A DNA stretch of 64,000 bases from positions 122,326,001-122,390,000 of the forward strand of contig OX597816.1 of the NCBI GenBank assembly GCA_951406725.2, written 5' to 3'. Of the stretch, positions 1-13,560 are shown in pieces (position 1 is the stretch's first letter; the number at the start of each line of letters is the position of its first letter). A model generated the notes under the pieces. That model had not been told where the DNA came from. It saw nothing but the letters and a program-made list of their open reading frames with translations, and did not search any database. The position numbers and the translations under genes were made by a program. This DNA comes from Octopus vulgaris (taxonomy: Eukaryota).

Positions 1-1604
1 GTCGAAAACAAAGTAAGCCAGTAAGGGGAAAATCAGTTACGTATTCAATATTTCAAAATATTTGCCTGTTGTGAGACAGAAGACAATATTTCAGCAATCG
101 CATAATGGCTTATTTTTCTGCTAGTTTGGTTCTAATATGTTTGCTCTAAGATTTTAAACCTATCTGACAATGTAATCTTGCTCCTGTAGTTCTCATCAAT
201 ATTGTTTTTATAAGAGAGCTGGTGAAGTTTGTGACCGTTCAGGGGCTATTTTGCAACGTAAGTTTTTCCACATAAATTCGTATGGTTACATGTCATATAG
301 CAGTGCTTTATTAATTCTTATCAGGGTGTTTGTTTAGTGTTAGCGGTGATATTTGTGTTGATAAAAATAGTAGTTTTTTACGACACTTTTTCATCGATAG
401 ATATTCTTGCTGCTATTTTTGAGAATGCTTGATGATATGAAAATAGTAGTTTCATCGCGTGGATGCAGGATTAGGAGCAATGTGATTTCGAATTTAGTTT
501 AATTGTAACTTCAATGAATTTTACTGCTGTGACTGTCATCTAAGTTGCTGAATGTTAATATAATACATTTCCGGAAGACGTAAGCTGCACCTCCGCTTCC
601 TCTATTCGAAATTATAAATCTGTCATCTATGTTGAGGTCCACGTTAATACCGTCAAAAGTGCTTCCAATTCCGTTGACAAGGACTAACCTTTGTAGTTCA
701 GAATTGTTAACCCCATTAAGTCTTTTCGTGGAAGCATCAACCCACACGCTCCATCTTTCTATATCCAGAAATTTTCTTTATGTGCACGATTAATCTGAAG
801 GTGCCTCTGAGTCATCTTCCTGTATGTTTTGACAAGTTCAATGAATTTTATAAGACACTGGCAAAAGTATATAACATTATGTAAATTTCGATACTATTGA
901 AGCATTTCATAATCGCAGTAATTTTATTCTGCCGATTCAAACGTGTAGATTGCTTTACGTCAGTATTTACGCTATGTAAGATAGTATTTATTAACTATAG
1001 CTAAAACGCTGGTGGAATGAGTTAGCATTTAAAAAGAATGGAATTCTTTACATTATATTTTGTGGTTCTATATTGCGATTCTGCATTGATTGGAGCTCTT
1101 AGTTTTCGTTTTGCAGGAATTTCTAATACTGTTGTGTACAAAGATGTCTTAAGAGTGTTTTTGCTCTCCTCGTATAAATGTCTTGTTTTGTCTGCAAATA
1201 TTAATGTGTGTTTAGAAGTTTTATTGTTTGCAAGTTAGAGTTTAGCTTCTCTGGGAAGACATTATTACTTTTACTTTTTTATTACTATAGTGTAACTTTT
1301 ATTGAAGAAAGTTTTTTTTAAAGCTACTGACACTTTTTCTCGTTCTTCATTGAAGTATGTGACCATTGCATGTGAATTTACCATAATTCTTTTTTCTTAA
1401 CTATATTTCAGCTCCAAGTTTTGTTTTGAATAATTCAGTTCAACTACTTTCAGTGTTTATATTCCATATTTATCCAATGAGTAGGCCACCTACTTCATTC
1501 TACAATTTGAAACCAATCAGTAGACCTCTATAGGAGAAACCATTAATACACAGAGGCATACAGATTTATATTTATAATGATTTTTTAAAATATAAATAGT
1601 TTAA

Positions 1605-1805
1605 GGCGGTGAGCTGGCGAAATCGTAGGCACGCCTGGTAAAATGCATAGTGGCATTTCGCCCGTCCTTATGCTCTGAGGTTGACTTTGCTTTTCATCCC
1701 TTTTAGGGTCGCAAAATTAAATACAAGTAGAGCGCTGGAGTCGACATAATCGGCTAACCCCACTCACTCAAAGTTGCTGGTCTTGTGCCCAAATCTGAAC
1801 CCAAT
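1605..1805 (+). mobile_element. tRNA-derived SINE, family B (head GGCGG(T/C)GAGCTGGC)
   Basis: The tRNA-like head and the body 'gactttgc..ttcatcc...ggtcga' are shared with copies at 8367, 20786 and reverse copies at 29700 and 55050. Confidence 0.75.
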
Positions 1806-2116
1806 ATATGAATAGTTTATATAAGCCCAATATTAATTAGGTGATTGGAGTTGCAAGTCATTGTGATATTTTGACGAGAACTGCTACAATTCGATTTCAT
1901 GGTTATTTATATTATATGGAATGGATGTGGTCCCTTGCAAGCTTCTGCCCACTGGTTTGCGCTTAATGTTCGTTAATTGGTTATTATTTTTTTGCCTACT
2001 TATTGGTCATTTCAAGAAGCGTGGTATTTATTTTTCTAATATTTACTAAAGAGAAGGGCATACTTCGCATTTTTCTTCATGAGTGCAATTTTAACTTTGA
2101 AACTAATATACGCGCA

Positions 2117-2358
<242 letters not shown>

Positions 2359-2554
2359 CGTATGTATGTGGGCATACACTTCAGTTAAAAGGGTTCATTA
2401 AGAATCGAAGCACATCAACGTGTAGGACCTAGATAGAATCACACAGAGCAGACAGTGAAATAATCTATCATCGTAGACACCAATTATATAGACTAGATAC
2501 TGCAGTTGGGTAAATGAGTATTTCTCAAATTCAATTATTTAATCTTTTTTTTAA

Positions 2555-2925
2555 AAATGTTTCGGTCATTAGACTGCTTCCATGTTGGGGCAGACCCTTG
2601 AATAATTTTAGTCGAACGAATCGACCCCAGTACGTTTTTAAAGCTTGATACTCATTCTATCAGTTTCATTTGCCGAACCGTTAGGTTACAGGGATGTAAA
2701 CAAACCAACACTGTTTGTCATGAGTGTATGTGTGTGTGTTGGGGGGGGGGGGCAGGTACAAAGCTGCACACACTCACACATATATGTCATGGACCTCTTT
2801 CAGTTTCCTTCAACCAAATCGACTAACAAGGCTTTGGTAAGACTGAGGCTATAGTAAAAGACACTCGAAGCAGGAACTATGCAATTGGGAAGCAAACATT
2901 TTAACGAACAGCCATACCAGCACCT
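2555..2925 (-). mobile_element. tRNA-derived SINE, family A (degenerate)
   Basis: Reverse-complement similarity to the copy at 9472-9855. Confidence 0.7.
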
Positions 2926-3005
2926 ATTTACCAATGATCCGATTATATACCCATATATGTATACATGCATATATACATATACATATATGCATACACACAT
3001 ATATG

Positions 3006-3058
<53 letters not shown>

Positions 3059-3119
3059 TAGCAGAGATGCCCGGTTACGTTCAATTGAAGTATTAAACTT
3101 TTCTGTTATATATATATGG

Positions 3120-3161
<42 letters not shown>

Positions 3162-3306
3162 GTATATTAATATAAATACATGAAAGTACATGAAGTTTGT
3201 TAAAAAAAGGGGATCATGTATATACCTCCTGGCTGTTGAGATTATAACACCTCGTTGTAAACAATGTTCCTTGTTTTTCCTTGTGGAGCATATACAAAAA
3301 GTTTCT

Positions 3307-5200
3307 TTAGGTTCCTGCTCTTGAGCAGCCAACATACAGTTGCCCATGCGAAAAGCAGGGCTCTTCCAAGAGAAAACCAGCTACAGAGAGGGCTTGACCC
3401 TGAGATTTGTTAATGGACATGGCAAAGCTGACACGAAGGGGGAATTTGCAGTCTTCTGAATGTAAATGGAATTTCTGCTCCTGATGGAGTAAGAGGAATT
3501 CTTGGAATAAAGACGTCATCACCTTTTCCACATCCAGAAAGAATGATCGCCTCGATAACGTGTGACATCATTTTCTTTATCACCAGTCGTGTTCCATTAC
3601 AAAGTCTTGGTGGTTCCAGATTGCGGAGTAGCATTACAGGAGCTCCAACTTTAAGTGCTAATATGTGTGGAGGTAGTCCAGGAGGCTCCAGTGAATTGAG
3701 AAATTCAGGAGGATAGTTCACAACTTCATTTATATCTGGAATTGTATCAACAGACTTGTGTATAGTGCCGGGAAGAGAATGCATTAGCTGTTGATTAATT
3801 TTGTTAACAGCGACGTTTTTTGGAGCTAATATTGCTCTTTCACACAGCCAATTGTGATTTTGGTAGTTTTGTGTGAAGTAGGGAAAGACTTTGTTTTTGA
3901 GGTCATCTACAGAATTAACAACAGAGGCATCGAGAGGCATCTTGCCTTCACCAAGTGTCAAAATGTCCTGTGCAAACTTTGTGGACATTTTGTCGCCGTG
4001 TAGCTGAGCTCTCATGTTAGTGGTGAGACTGAGGATTGTAACATGATGCCACAGGGTAGAGGACTTTAGGCATGCTTGGACTTCATCTGCTCTAGTACCT
4101 TTCGGAATGACAGGAAGAGTTTGCCTGAAATCACCTAGAAGCGTTACACCTCCTATTGGAGCCTGACAGTCTCGGATGTCTTTCAGGGCTCTATCTAATG
4201 CTTCCAAAGCTCCCTTGTGAGTCATAGTGCACTCATTCCAGACAATTAGATGACACATTTTAAGTACTTGTCCCTGATCTGAGCTTTTGTAGATGTTGCA
4301 GCAAGGTTTGAGCGAATGGATCCACTTGACAAAGTTTGAAGAATGCAGTGAGTGTGCTATCCCTTGGTTCATCTGCCAACAGAGAAGCATTAGCATCGGT
4401 GAAGTACACTCTTTGACCATTTTCCAGGTGCACTGCAAGCTGTTGAATGGCGGGGTGTCGTTGGTGAATTGGAAAGCCAAAGATGCCCAGATTGCCTCGC
4501 TGCTACTTATGTACCACCCCACCTGATAATGCGTCACCTCATCCTGGCAGTATTCTTGTTGAAGTCCAAACATTGTAGCGTCAGAACACTTGTTTACATA
4601 TTTGCAAACGTACTTGATGGATTTAACGGAGTTGCAAAACTCAAAGTTGATGTGGGCATTGAAAGCCTTTGACAGGAGTGGGCAGTATGGAACAATCCAT
4701 CTATTATCAATATCGTGCTGTCCGATAGTTGCTGTGAAACCTCCGTCTTCTGGTTTTCTGCGTCTGTATGATGGATACCCATCAGCACCTGTCTGAGTTT
4801 CTTGTAGGAACCTCCTTGGAAATCTTTTTGAACATATGCTGTCCTTCAAGCATGGTGAGTTTATGTTGAATCCACGCCCACATGGAGCATGTACCATGTT
4901 TGCTTTAACTATTTCGTATAGTTCTTTGTCTAAAGCTGGATCAGGAAGCTCTGCAGAGATTATGTTGTCGATGTCATTGGAATTGATCTTCGCTGAGAGC
5001 CAAAGCAGGATATGAGCATGTGGAAGGCCCTTTTTTGCCACTCGATTGTGTACATGTCACATTGTATGGGCCCAAAGACTTGCCATTTTTGTATGAGCTC
5101 CATGAGAGAGATTAACTTGAGATGGAAAACTCGGGCGTTGAGATTCCGGTTCGAATGTAAGGCAGGTTTGAAAGTGTTCCCAACAGTTATTAGTTGTAGT
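3307..5200 (-). pseudogene. Helitron Rep/Pif1-like helicase (RepHel), frameshifted and internally deleted; longest ORF 3410-5041
   Basis: Rep HUH motif (IEWQK/GLPHAHILLW across a frameshift) and YVCKYVNK tyrosine motif. Helicase motifs IVWNECTM, GDFRQTLPV, LLRNLEPPRLCNGTRL, FAMSINKSQGQ, SHGQLYVGCSR. The Walker A region is missing. Confidence 0.93.
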
Positions 5201-5269
5201 GGTAGAGTGTTTATGCCGAATATGTACGTATGCATGTATATATATGTATGTATGCCTGTATATATGTAC

Positions 5270-5403
5270 AAAATCTACTGAGAAGGCTTTTGTTGGTCTG
5301 AGGCTACAACAGAAGACACATGCCAAGTCACCACACAGTGGGACTGAACCCAGGACCATGTGTTTGGAACGTAGTTTGTTACCACACAGTCACACCTGCC
5401 CCT
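5270..5403 (-). mobile_element. SINE family A 5' portion nested in the Helitron
   Basis: Reverse complement of the family A head (accacacagtcacacctgccc). Confidence 0.65.
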
Positions 5404-6525
5404 GTGTATGTGTGTGTGTGCGTATGTGTGTATGGGTAGATATATTATGCATGTATATATGTGTATATATATGTGTACATATTACATGTACATCTATATA
5501 TATACATCTACACATAAAAAACAAAATACAAACTTATATCTTGATATCGCTAGTGATAACAATACTCAAAATATATAACAGACTGGAATTGTAGGCCCGT
5601 CTCTTGCAATTTCGATCAATTGGATCTTGTCCTCCTTCTTGTATAGAAGAGTACGGCTGCAGCGAAATTCATTTTTGGAATTTCTTCTATCGAAGGCATT
5701 TTAAAAAAAATGCTTCTGTAAAGACGGTGAAAATATTGTCAATTTCCCCAAACAGGGACATAATTCAATTTTTAAACAATAACCAAAGCCCCTTCTCCGA
5801 AAGGGGGAGGGTTACGGTTTACAATTATTTAACAAATGCAACACAACAACGTTTCCCTGACGAGGAACCAAGAAACGTGATTACAATAGTCAAACAGTAA
5901 TAATAATAACAAACCTTTTTAAGTTATCCCCATTTATGTGAAACCACTTATTCAAGTTCAAGTCTATGATGCAATTTTATACGAAATGCTAATACACACA
6001 CACACACACACACACATAAAAAGGGTAAAAATTGAATATTAATTTGATTAATATGAATTGAAAACCAGTGGTGTAGCATATAAGACCATAGCGGATCTTC
6101 TTCTAGCAAAATGAATGATCACTTGTTAATGGTTCATCCCTGTTATATAATACTTTCACTTTAATAGTTTCAGTATTAAAGTGAAAGTGTCTGCATTACA
6201 AAAGAGAGATGTTTTTGTTTCACTTTTAACACGTAATACTGAAATAGTGGAGAAGATATGATATTGCTGTGGGGTCGCCCTAGGGAAAAAATTAAGAGTT
6301 TTTTGCCGATGACACTCCCCGGACGTTAAGTAAGGCATGTGTAAAATTTGAATGAAATTGGTTGTGTTTTAGGGAAACACACAGACAGACAGACAGACAT
6401 ACAGACACACACACACACATTCTCAGTTTTATATATAGAGAGATAATTATACGTACATACATTCATACATACATGCATATATACATACATTTATACATAT
6501 ATACTTACATACCTACCTACCTACC

Positions 6526-6576
<51 letters not shown>

Positions 6577-6601
6577 ATAAATATGTATATATATATCAAT
6601 A

Positions 6602-6648
<47 letters not shown>

Positions 6649-6666
6649 ATAAATATGTATATATAT

Positions 6667-6707
<41 letters not shown>

Positions 6708-6858
6708 GGCGCAGGAGTGCTGTGTGGTAAGTAGCCTGCTTACCAATCACATGGTTCAGGGGGTTCATTTCCACAGCGTGCTACCTTGGGCAAGTGCCTT
6801 CTACTATAGCCTCGAGCCGACTAAAGCCTTGTGAGTAGATGTGGTAGACGGTAACTAC
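6708..6858 (+). mobile_element. SINE family A 5' portion
   Basis: GGCGCAGGAGTGCTGTGTGGTAAG head with a box-B-like GGTTCA motif; matches 9472. Confidence 0.8.
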
Positions 6859-6874
6859 CTGTCTTTCTGTCTTT

Positions 6875-7106
<232 letters not shown>

Positions 7107-8178
7107 AATCTAAATGTCATTATTAAAAGCAGATACTTCATCGTTCTCTTTCTTAAATCTTTCGTATGTGTTAGGAAGAAACACAGAAAACAGTGCCATT
7201 TTATATTATTCGATATCAGTAATTTAAGCTATCATTGAATATTGAGAGAACAGAAATATTATAGAATTCATTCAGTGTTTCAGTTGTCACTTCTGTATAT
7301 CTCCAGCTCGTTTCTCATCAAGCACGTCTTGATAGAAGGCGTTCCGACCGATACCACCCCATATATATTTTTGTATCAGATACAATGAAATTAGTATTAC
7401 ATCCAACACGTTCTTTCTTTTATATACGTGGAGTGTGATTTGAGAGGGATTTGTTTGCCTTTTTTAGCAGCTCAGATAACTGAGCAGAGGCGCCTTCATT
7501 CGGTGATTTCTGTTTTAGTTGCGATTATTGCAGCCATTGATGTTGCTGATGTATCACCCACGTCATGTCTGCAGTCAACTCTAGCCTAGTTTCAGTTGTT
7601 GATACGATATGTGATTATTTTTTTATAATTAATTTCATAATATGTACCACCAACGCTTACTTTACATGACAAATGCAAAAAAGATCAGTTTTATAATTAC
7701 GTAGGAGGAAGTCAAAACACAAGAGACATGACTAAGCTAATGTTAGATATCAGCTAAATATACAGAATATAACCTATTAGTAGTGGTAGTAGTAACTAAA
7801 ACAACAGTAACGATAATAATAAAAACAATAACGATAATAAATAGATGAATAAATAAAATCCAATATTGAATGCAAGAATGAGTTTCGACACAGTAGCTAT
7901 GTATGAATGGGACAGTGCTCTGGTTAATCAGATGGTTGCTATAGATCTTTGAAAGGAAAGTTAATCTGTAATTTTAATTGAAAATAAAATAAAGAGAGAA
8001 AAGAGAAATTGGAAAACTTCGTGACTAAATATTTGGCCGTTATGAAAGGTTTAAAAGGAAAGAGAGTTTAGTATGGAATGCGGGCGAGAATCATAGGAAT
8101 ATTTCATAGCTTTATTTATAGAAATCTTTCATCTCCCTAGGTTAATATGCGAAGACGCATGAAATTAATTTGAGGACT

Positions 8179-8209
<31 letters not shown>

Positions 8210-8366
8210 CACAAAATATCAGGAGGCAAAGAATGAATATATTTATTTAACCACTTGACATCCTTAGGATTACGGCCGTTTCTCATTCTTCTTCTTCCTA
8301 CAGTTGTAATTTCAGTGAGAAATATAATCATGTTTACATGTTTGTATTAATATGTATCCTACGCAT

Positions 8367-8779
8367 GGTGGCGAGCTGGCAGTAACGTTAGCACGCTGGG
8401 CGAAATGCGTAGCCGTATTTCGTCTGCCGTTACGTTCTGAGTTCAAATCCTGCCGAGGTCGACTTTGCCTTTCATCCTTTCAGGGTCGATAAATTTAGTA
8501 CCAGTTACGCACTGGGGTCGATATAATTGAGTTAATCCGTTTGTCTGTCCTTGTTTGTTCTCTCTGTGTTTAGCTCCTTGTGGGTAGTAAAGAAATGGGT
8601 ATTTCATCTGTTTTTACGTTCTGGGTTCCGCCGTGTTCAACTTTACCTTTCATCCTTTCGGGGTCGATAAATTAAAAACCAGTTACGCACTGGGGTCGAT
8701 CTAATCGATTTAATCCATTTGCCTGCCCTTGTTTGTCCCCTGTACGCTTAGTCCCTTGTGGGCAATAAAAAAATAAGAA
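8367..8779 (+). mobile_element. SINE family B with tandemly duplicated body
   Basis: The head is followed by two copies of 'tttcatcctttc..ggtcgataaatt..accagttacgcactggggtcgat...ccttgtttgt..ccttgtggg'. Confidence 0.8.
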
Positions 8780-9019
8780 GTTTGTCCAGCGTGCTAACGA
8801 TTCTGCCAGTTCGCCTTTCTATTATAGGCACAAAGCCTGAAATTTCGGTGAATGGGGAAAGATGATCACATTGACTCCAGTTCTTGACTGATACTTAATT
8901 CATTGACTTTGAAAAAATGAAAGCAAAATCAACCTCGACGATATTCGAACTCAGAATATAAAGACGGACATAATGCGGTTAAGTATTTTGCTCGGTATGC
9001 TAACAATTCTGCCAGCTTC

Positions 9020-9365
9020 TTACATTTGGGTGAGTTTCCTACATTTGGTTGTAGGCCTACCACTTCTTGCTGCGTTTTCCATTGAGCCTGTGTTTCTAAA
9101 TGTTCTTATCAAATCCCTCACAGTGTCACGATTTGGAAAAGTTTCACTGGACTTTTGTTTCACAGTATCTGTGTATTTGTTTCCAGTTCGAAACACCCAT
9201 TCAACAACAAACGTACCATCTTCAATGGTTAGCATGTTGACACGCTGAAGGGTACGCAATGACTGAGGGAAAACAGCTGACACCCGGCCGCCCATGCAGT
9301 GATAGTCAAGTTGCGCATGCGCAGAATGAAAAAGTTCAGTGCGGAGAGACCTTTTGAACAGCCTG
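9020..9365 (-). mobile_element. Tc1/mariner-superfamily 5' fragment (TIR plus N-terminal HTH)
   Basis: TIR-like CAGGCTGTTCAAAAG, then MLTIEDGTFVVEWVFR...TVRDLIRTFRNTGSMENAARSGRP, typical of a DUF4817-like HTH ending in RSGRP. Confidence 0.8.
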
Positions 9366-9402
9366 TGTATATATATACATACATACATACATTTATATAT
9401 AT

Positions 9403-9471
<69 letters not shown>

Positions 9472-9473
<2 letters not shown>

Positions 9474-10083
9474 CGCAAGAGTGGCTGTGTGGTAAGTAGC
9501 TTGTTTACCAACCACATGGTTCCGGGTTCAGTCCCACCTTGGGCAAGTGTCTTCTACTATAGCCTCGGGCCGACCAAAGCCTTGGATTTGGTAGACGGAA
9601 ACTGAAAGAAGCCCGTCGTATATATGGATATATATGTGTGTGTGTATGTGTGTCTGTGTTTGTCCCCCTAGCATTGCTTGACAACCGATGCTGGTGTGTT
9701 TATGTCCCCGTTACTTAGGGGTTCGGCAAAAGAGACCGATAGAATAAGTACTGGGCTTACAAAAGAATAAGTTCCGGGGTCGAGTTGCTCGATTAAAGGC
9801 GGTGCTCCAGCATGGCCGCAGTCAAAAGACTGAAACAAGTAAAAGAGTAAAAGAGTATATATATATATATATATTGTGTGTGTGTGTGTGTCTTTGTGTC
9901 TGTGTTTGTCCCGCACCACTGTCTTTGCGTCCCTGTAACTGAGTGGTTCGGCCTAAGATACCGATAGAATAAGTACTAGGCTTACAAAGAATAAGTCCTG
10001 GTATTGATATCTTTGACTAAAAAAGCCTTTTAAGGCAAAACTTCTGCATGGCCGCAGTAAAAATGACTGAAATAAGTAAAAGA
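9472..10083 (+). mobile_element. SINE family A, full length (9472-9855), followed by a second partial 3' copy
   Basis: tRNA-like head, internal (TA)/(TG) tract and 3' 'gcatggccgcagtcaaa..actgaaacaagtaaaag' tail, which repeats at 9900-10083. Confidence 0.85.
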
Positions 10084-10778
10084 ATATATATACATGTATT
10101 ATCTGTGTATATATGTATGCGTATGTATATGTATGTATGTATGTATGTATGTATTATGTATGTATGTATGTATGTATGTATGTATGTATGTATGTATCCA
10201 TGTATATATTTATGTATACATATTCTATTATTTAATTTCAGTATGGTATAAATGGCTTGAATAAAAGAATATAAGGCCGGAATACTTGGAAATGTTTTCA
10301 GTTATTTACTTAAGCGAATTCACAAGAAGACGTCTTTTCTTTTAATATATCTAAAATAGTTTCTTCTAATTGTTTTCAATAAATATTGATTTTAATTGCT
10401 TTAATGTTGAAGATACATTTATAACTAATTCGGTTTTGCTATATCTAGTATCCTTATAATATCAATAATGTTTGTCTCAGATTTAGCTTCTAATACATGT
10501 TACTTTTGTGGGTAGTATGAAGTATGCTTTTATTTCCATCCTCAACATACAGTTAGATGCTATTGTAAAGGGAAACATCAAAGATTTACTAAGGGAAAAC
10601 AACCAGAGCTAATAGATTGTGGCTTATTCAGAGAATAAATTTATAGACCTGAATACTCGTACAAAACGTAAACATTCTTTAGCTGCGATTCTGTTGTTGA
10701 TTGATATTTTCCGATAAAATATTCTTGTTTAGTCGTTATAAAAAAACAAACAAAACAAAACTATTTGTTTGCCTTCAG

Positions 10779-10915
10779 AATGTAGGTTTCTATTGTGCGT
10801 CTGAAAGAGTCTGCGAAGAAGGGCATGAGCAATGTCAAAACCAAAAGAAAGCAATTCTTGAGTCAACTGTCATCATTGATAGACATGGTATTTATTTGAG
10901 TAATATTTGGAAAAG
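10779..10915 (+). other. Candidate exon of an unidentified transcript
   Basis: Acceptor tttgtttgccttcAG, donor AAG|gtgagc; one frame open (NVGFYCASERVCEEGHEQCQNQKKAILESTVIIDRHGIYLSNIWK); no homology recognised. Confidence 0.3.
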
Positions 10916-11430
10916 GTGAGCTTAAGTCAAACTATGCAAAAATTTAGAGAAAAAATCTAGATTTTGCGTAAACAGCGTTTAGTAATATCTATACGTGCGC
11001 CAGGTAACGTAAAATAAAATAATTTTAGATTTACACACGCTTTAATCGACTGCTTTTGACTAGATTTCCTTGTTGTTTGGAGGATGAATTGTGCTTCTGG
11101 ACAAGGCGACATTAGTTAGATTATCTTGGATATATTCCTAGTAATGTAAGTGAATATTGAGTGAGAATTGGAAATAAGGTATGTACATCGTGTACCGTTA
11201 AGTGTACAGGTAAAATACTGAATGAAACGCAAAACTGAGCAGAAACCTATGCGCTGGTAATCCAATTTATTCGGTCATTAAACTCTAAAACACTGAACTA
11301 CCAGAAGAATTAAAGAAAGAAGAAAAAAAAAACAAGCAAACAGGACCACGCTATCCATACTATCAGTGTAAAAGCTTCAATAAAATGAATTAGACAGAGA
11401 GACAGAAAAATTACAAGTATCATGGTGATA

Positions 11431-11782
11431 CAGGGTGATTCAAAAGTCTCCATACCTAGGTAAACATTATTTTCTTTTACAAGAAACCGTGATCTGACTA
11501 CTCTTGATTTCTATCATTGGGAGCATTTGAAAGGCATGGTGCATCGTGGAAAGATAAAAGACATAAATCATTTGAAGGAACGCATCACCAACTCATTTGC
11601 ACACGTATCACAAGATGTACTATTAAGAGTTCACAATGAGTAGGGTAAACGTATTGCAATGTGTATTCAAAACAATGGTAACCATATAGAGTCTGTTAAA
11701 TATAAAAAAAAACTGTTCTTATAAACTGTTTCTAATAACAAAATTAATTGTTCCTATTTATGGCGACTTTTGAATCACCCTG
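11431..11782 (+). mobile_element. Tc1/mariner deletion derivative (MITE-like, 352 bp)
   Basis: TA|CAGGGTGATTCAAAAGTC...GACTTTTGAATCACCCTG|TA TIRs with TA TSD; the interior encodes a transposase C-terminus DLTTLDFYHWEHLKGMV...CIQNNGNHIE. Confidence 0.92.
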
Positions 11783-12142
11783 TAGACAGAAAATGCGTTT
11801 TCTTTCTAACCTATATGATTTAGTACAGATTTATCGATTATTTATCTATATTTTTATCAACGTAAAATGTAGGCTGACATGCGTTGAACTCTTGGCTAAC
11901 AATAGAACTAATAACAATTTCTACAAAAAAATCAAGATCACAAATTTTAGGGAATGTCATAGACGATTTTATCAACTTCAGTACTTAATATGTACTTATA
12001 CTACCAATACTGAAAGAAAAGATGAAAGGAAAAGATAATTCTGCTTAGATTTGAAGTGAGAGCATAAAGGGATATGAACAAATTTCACGAGATATTTTGC
12101 CCGTCGTTTTCCTTTAATAGAAATACATTAGTACGTGCCTGT

Positions 12143-12165
12143 TGCTGCTGCTGCTGCTGCTGCTG

Positions 12166-12221
<56 letters not shown>

Positions 12222-12222
12222 G
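12143..12222. repeat. (GCT)n(ACT)n microsatellite
   Basis: Seen directly. Confidence 0.95.
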
Positions 12223-12519
12223 ATTTCGAATTTTGGCACAAGGTCAACGATTTTAAGGGGAGATTTGTAGATTGCATAGACCCCAGTATTTGACTGGTAT
12301 GTTATTTTATCGAACCTGATGAAAGGCAGAATTGACTAATAATTCAAGAATAAAGATTTAGAAATAGGTATAAACGACAATTAAGGACCAAAAATAAAAG
12401 AATTAAGAGTAAACGGACTCTTTAATATAAGTTACCATGGAAAGGATAGGGAAATGTTTATTCTGACAAATACTCAGCTAAAACATCAGAACTTATAAAT
12501 AAAAATAACATACAGAAAG

Positions 12520-13560
12520 TAGCACGACGAGCCATTGCCCATTGATTATGCAGAGCTTTTTCCGTACAGTAAAATGTCGAAAGCAAACAAAACACTGTAT
12601 AAATCGAAGACAAACAGAGCAGTGCTGATTAGTACAGTGAAAACATAAAATGAAAATAAGGTTGCTGCATAAAAACATAGAACAAAAGCAATAATAAAAG
12701 ACTGAGTGGAGTTGTGCAAAGAGCATAGTTTGTCACTGAAACAAAATAAAACCTTCAGTTCACAATAATAACTCCAAGTACCCCAAGATATACTAAACAC
12801 ACGAGAACATGTTTAAATTAAATCAGCATCTGAAACGCAATATTTCTTTTAGTAGAATCCTATAAATACAGTGAATGTAAGCAGTAAGCCTGCTCTGCTG
12901 TATATACTCTGGCAGTATGCCGCTCTATGGATAAGTATAGGAAATTTTACGTTGCAAGCAGGTCTCAGTGTTTTGTAATAATCAAGTCCGAATTTTGTAA
13001 GAAAACTGTATATGGCAACGGCCGTTGGCTGTTGAGATTGAGTGAAATTTTCCATTGGGAGACACCTGTAAAATCCTATCTAAAGTGCTGTTAATTCAAT
13101 TATAAGAAAACTCGTGAAAACTAGGAGAATCGTCTCCTATATATAGTTGCGTGCAGATATCTACATATCGCAAAGCGGCTGAAAACAAGAATAAGTAAGA
13201 TAAAACATCGCTCATATTTCTTGTGGAATATACAAATACCTTTTTACAATTACATCAAATGTACTCCAACGTAAGCTAACTCTTATATCTAATGAAATAA
13301 GTTGCTACGACGTATGTCTTCAATGCAACTAAGCTATTTATAGAGAAATCCCATAATGAAGCTCGCGAAAGTTATATCTTCCAGAAAAGGCGCCTCGATG
13401 CTGAACATCACCATTATGGCAATGGTTTTGTGTAAGAAACAGTCCGCTGCATAAACTGACAGACGCTGACTGGCATTAGTCTAATACGAAGGAGAAGTTA
13501 GACGCTATTTAGTTGATGACCATTGAATAGTATGCAAAGTAGGGCGAGCTCAACAGAATA
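12520..13560 (+). mobile_element. Possible very old RTE-like LINE RT remnant
   Basis: Weak motif echoes only (IDY..., GVVQ..SLS across a frameshift); many stops. Confidence 0.25.

Larger units (their letters stand above)
3058..6443 (-). mobile_element. Helitron, internally deleted, both termini present, with nested insertions
   Basis: On the minus strand it begins A|TCTCTCTATATATAAAACTGAGAATGTGTG (typical Helitron 5' end) at 6443 and ends ...CCGGGCATCTCTGCTAG|T at 3058. This fits the A-T target with no TSD. It encloses Rep-helicase coding sequence. Confidence 0.8.

Noticed and set aside
1-1500. Possible LINE remnant on the minus strand (SNRGSGGAAYV resembles the endonuclease RGGGVAIY motif)
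   Set aside because: A single weak motif with many stops; not enough to call
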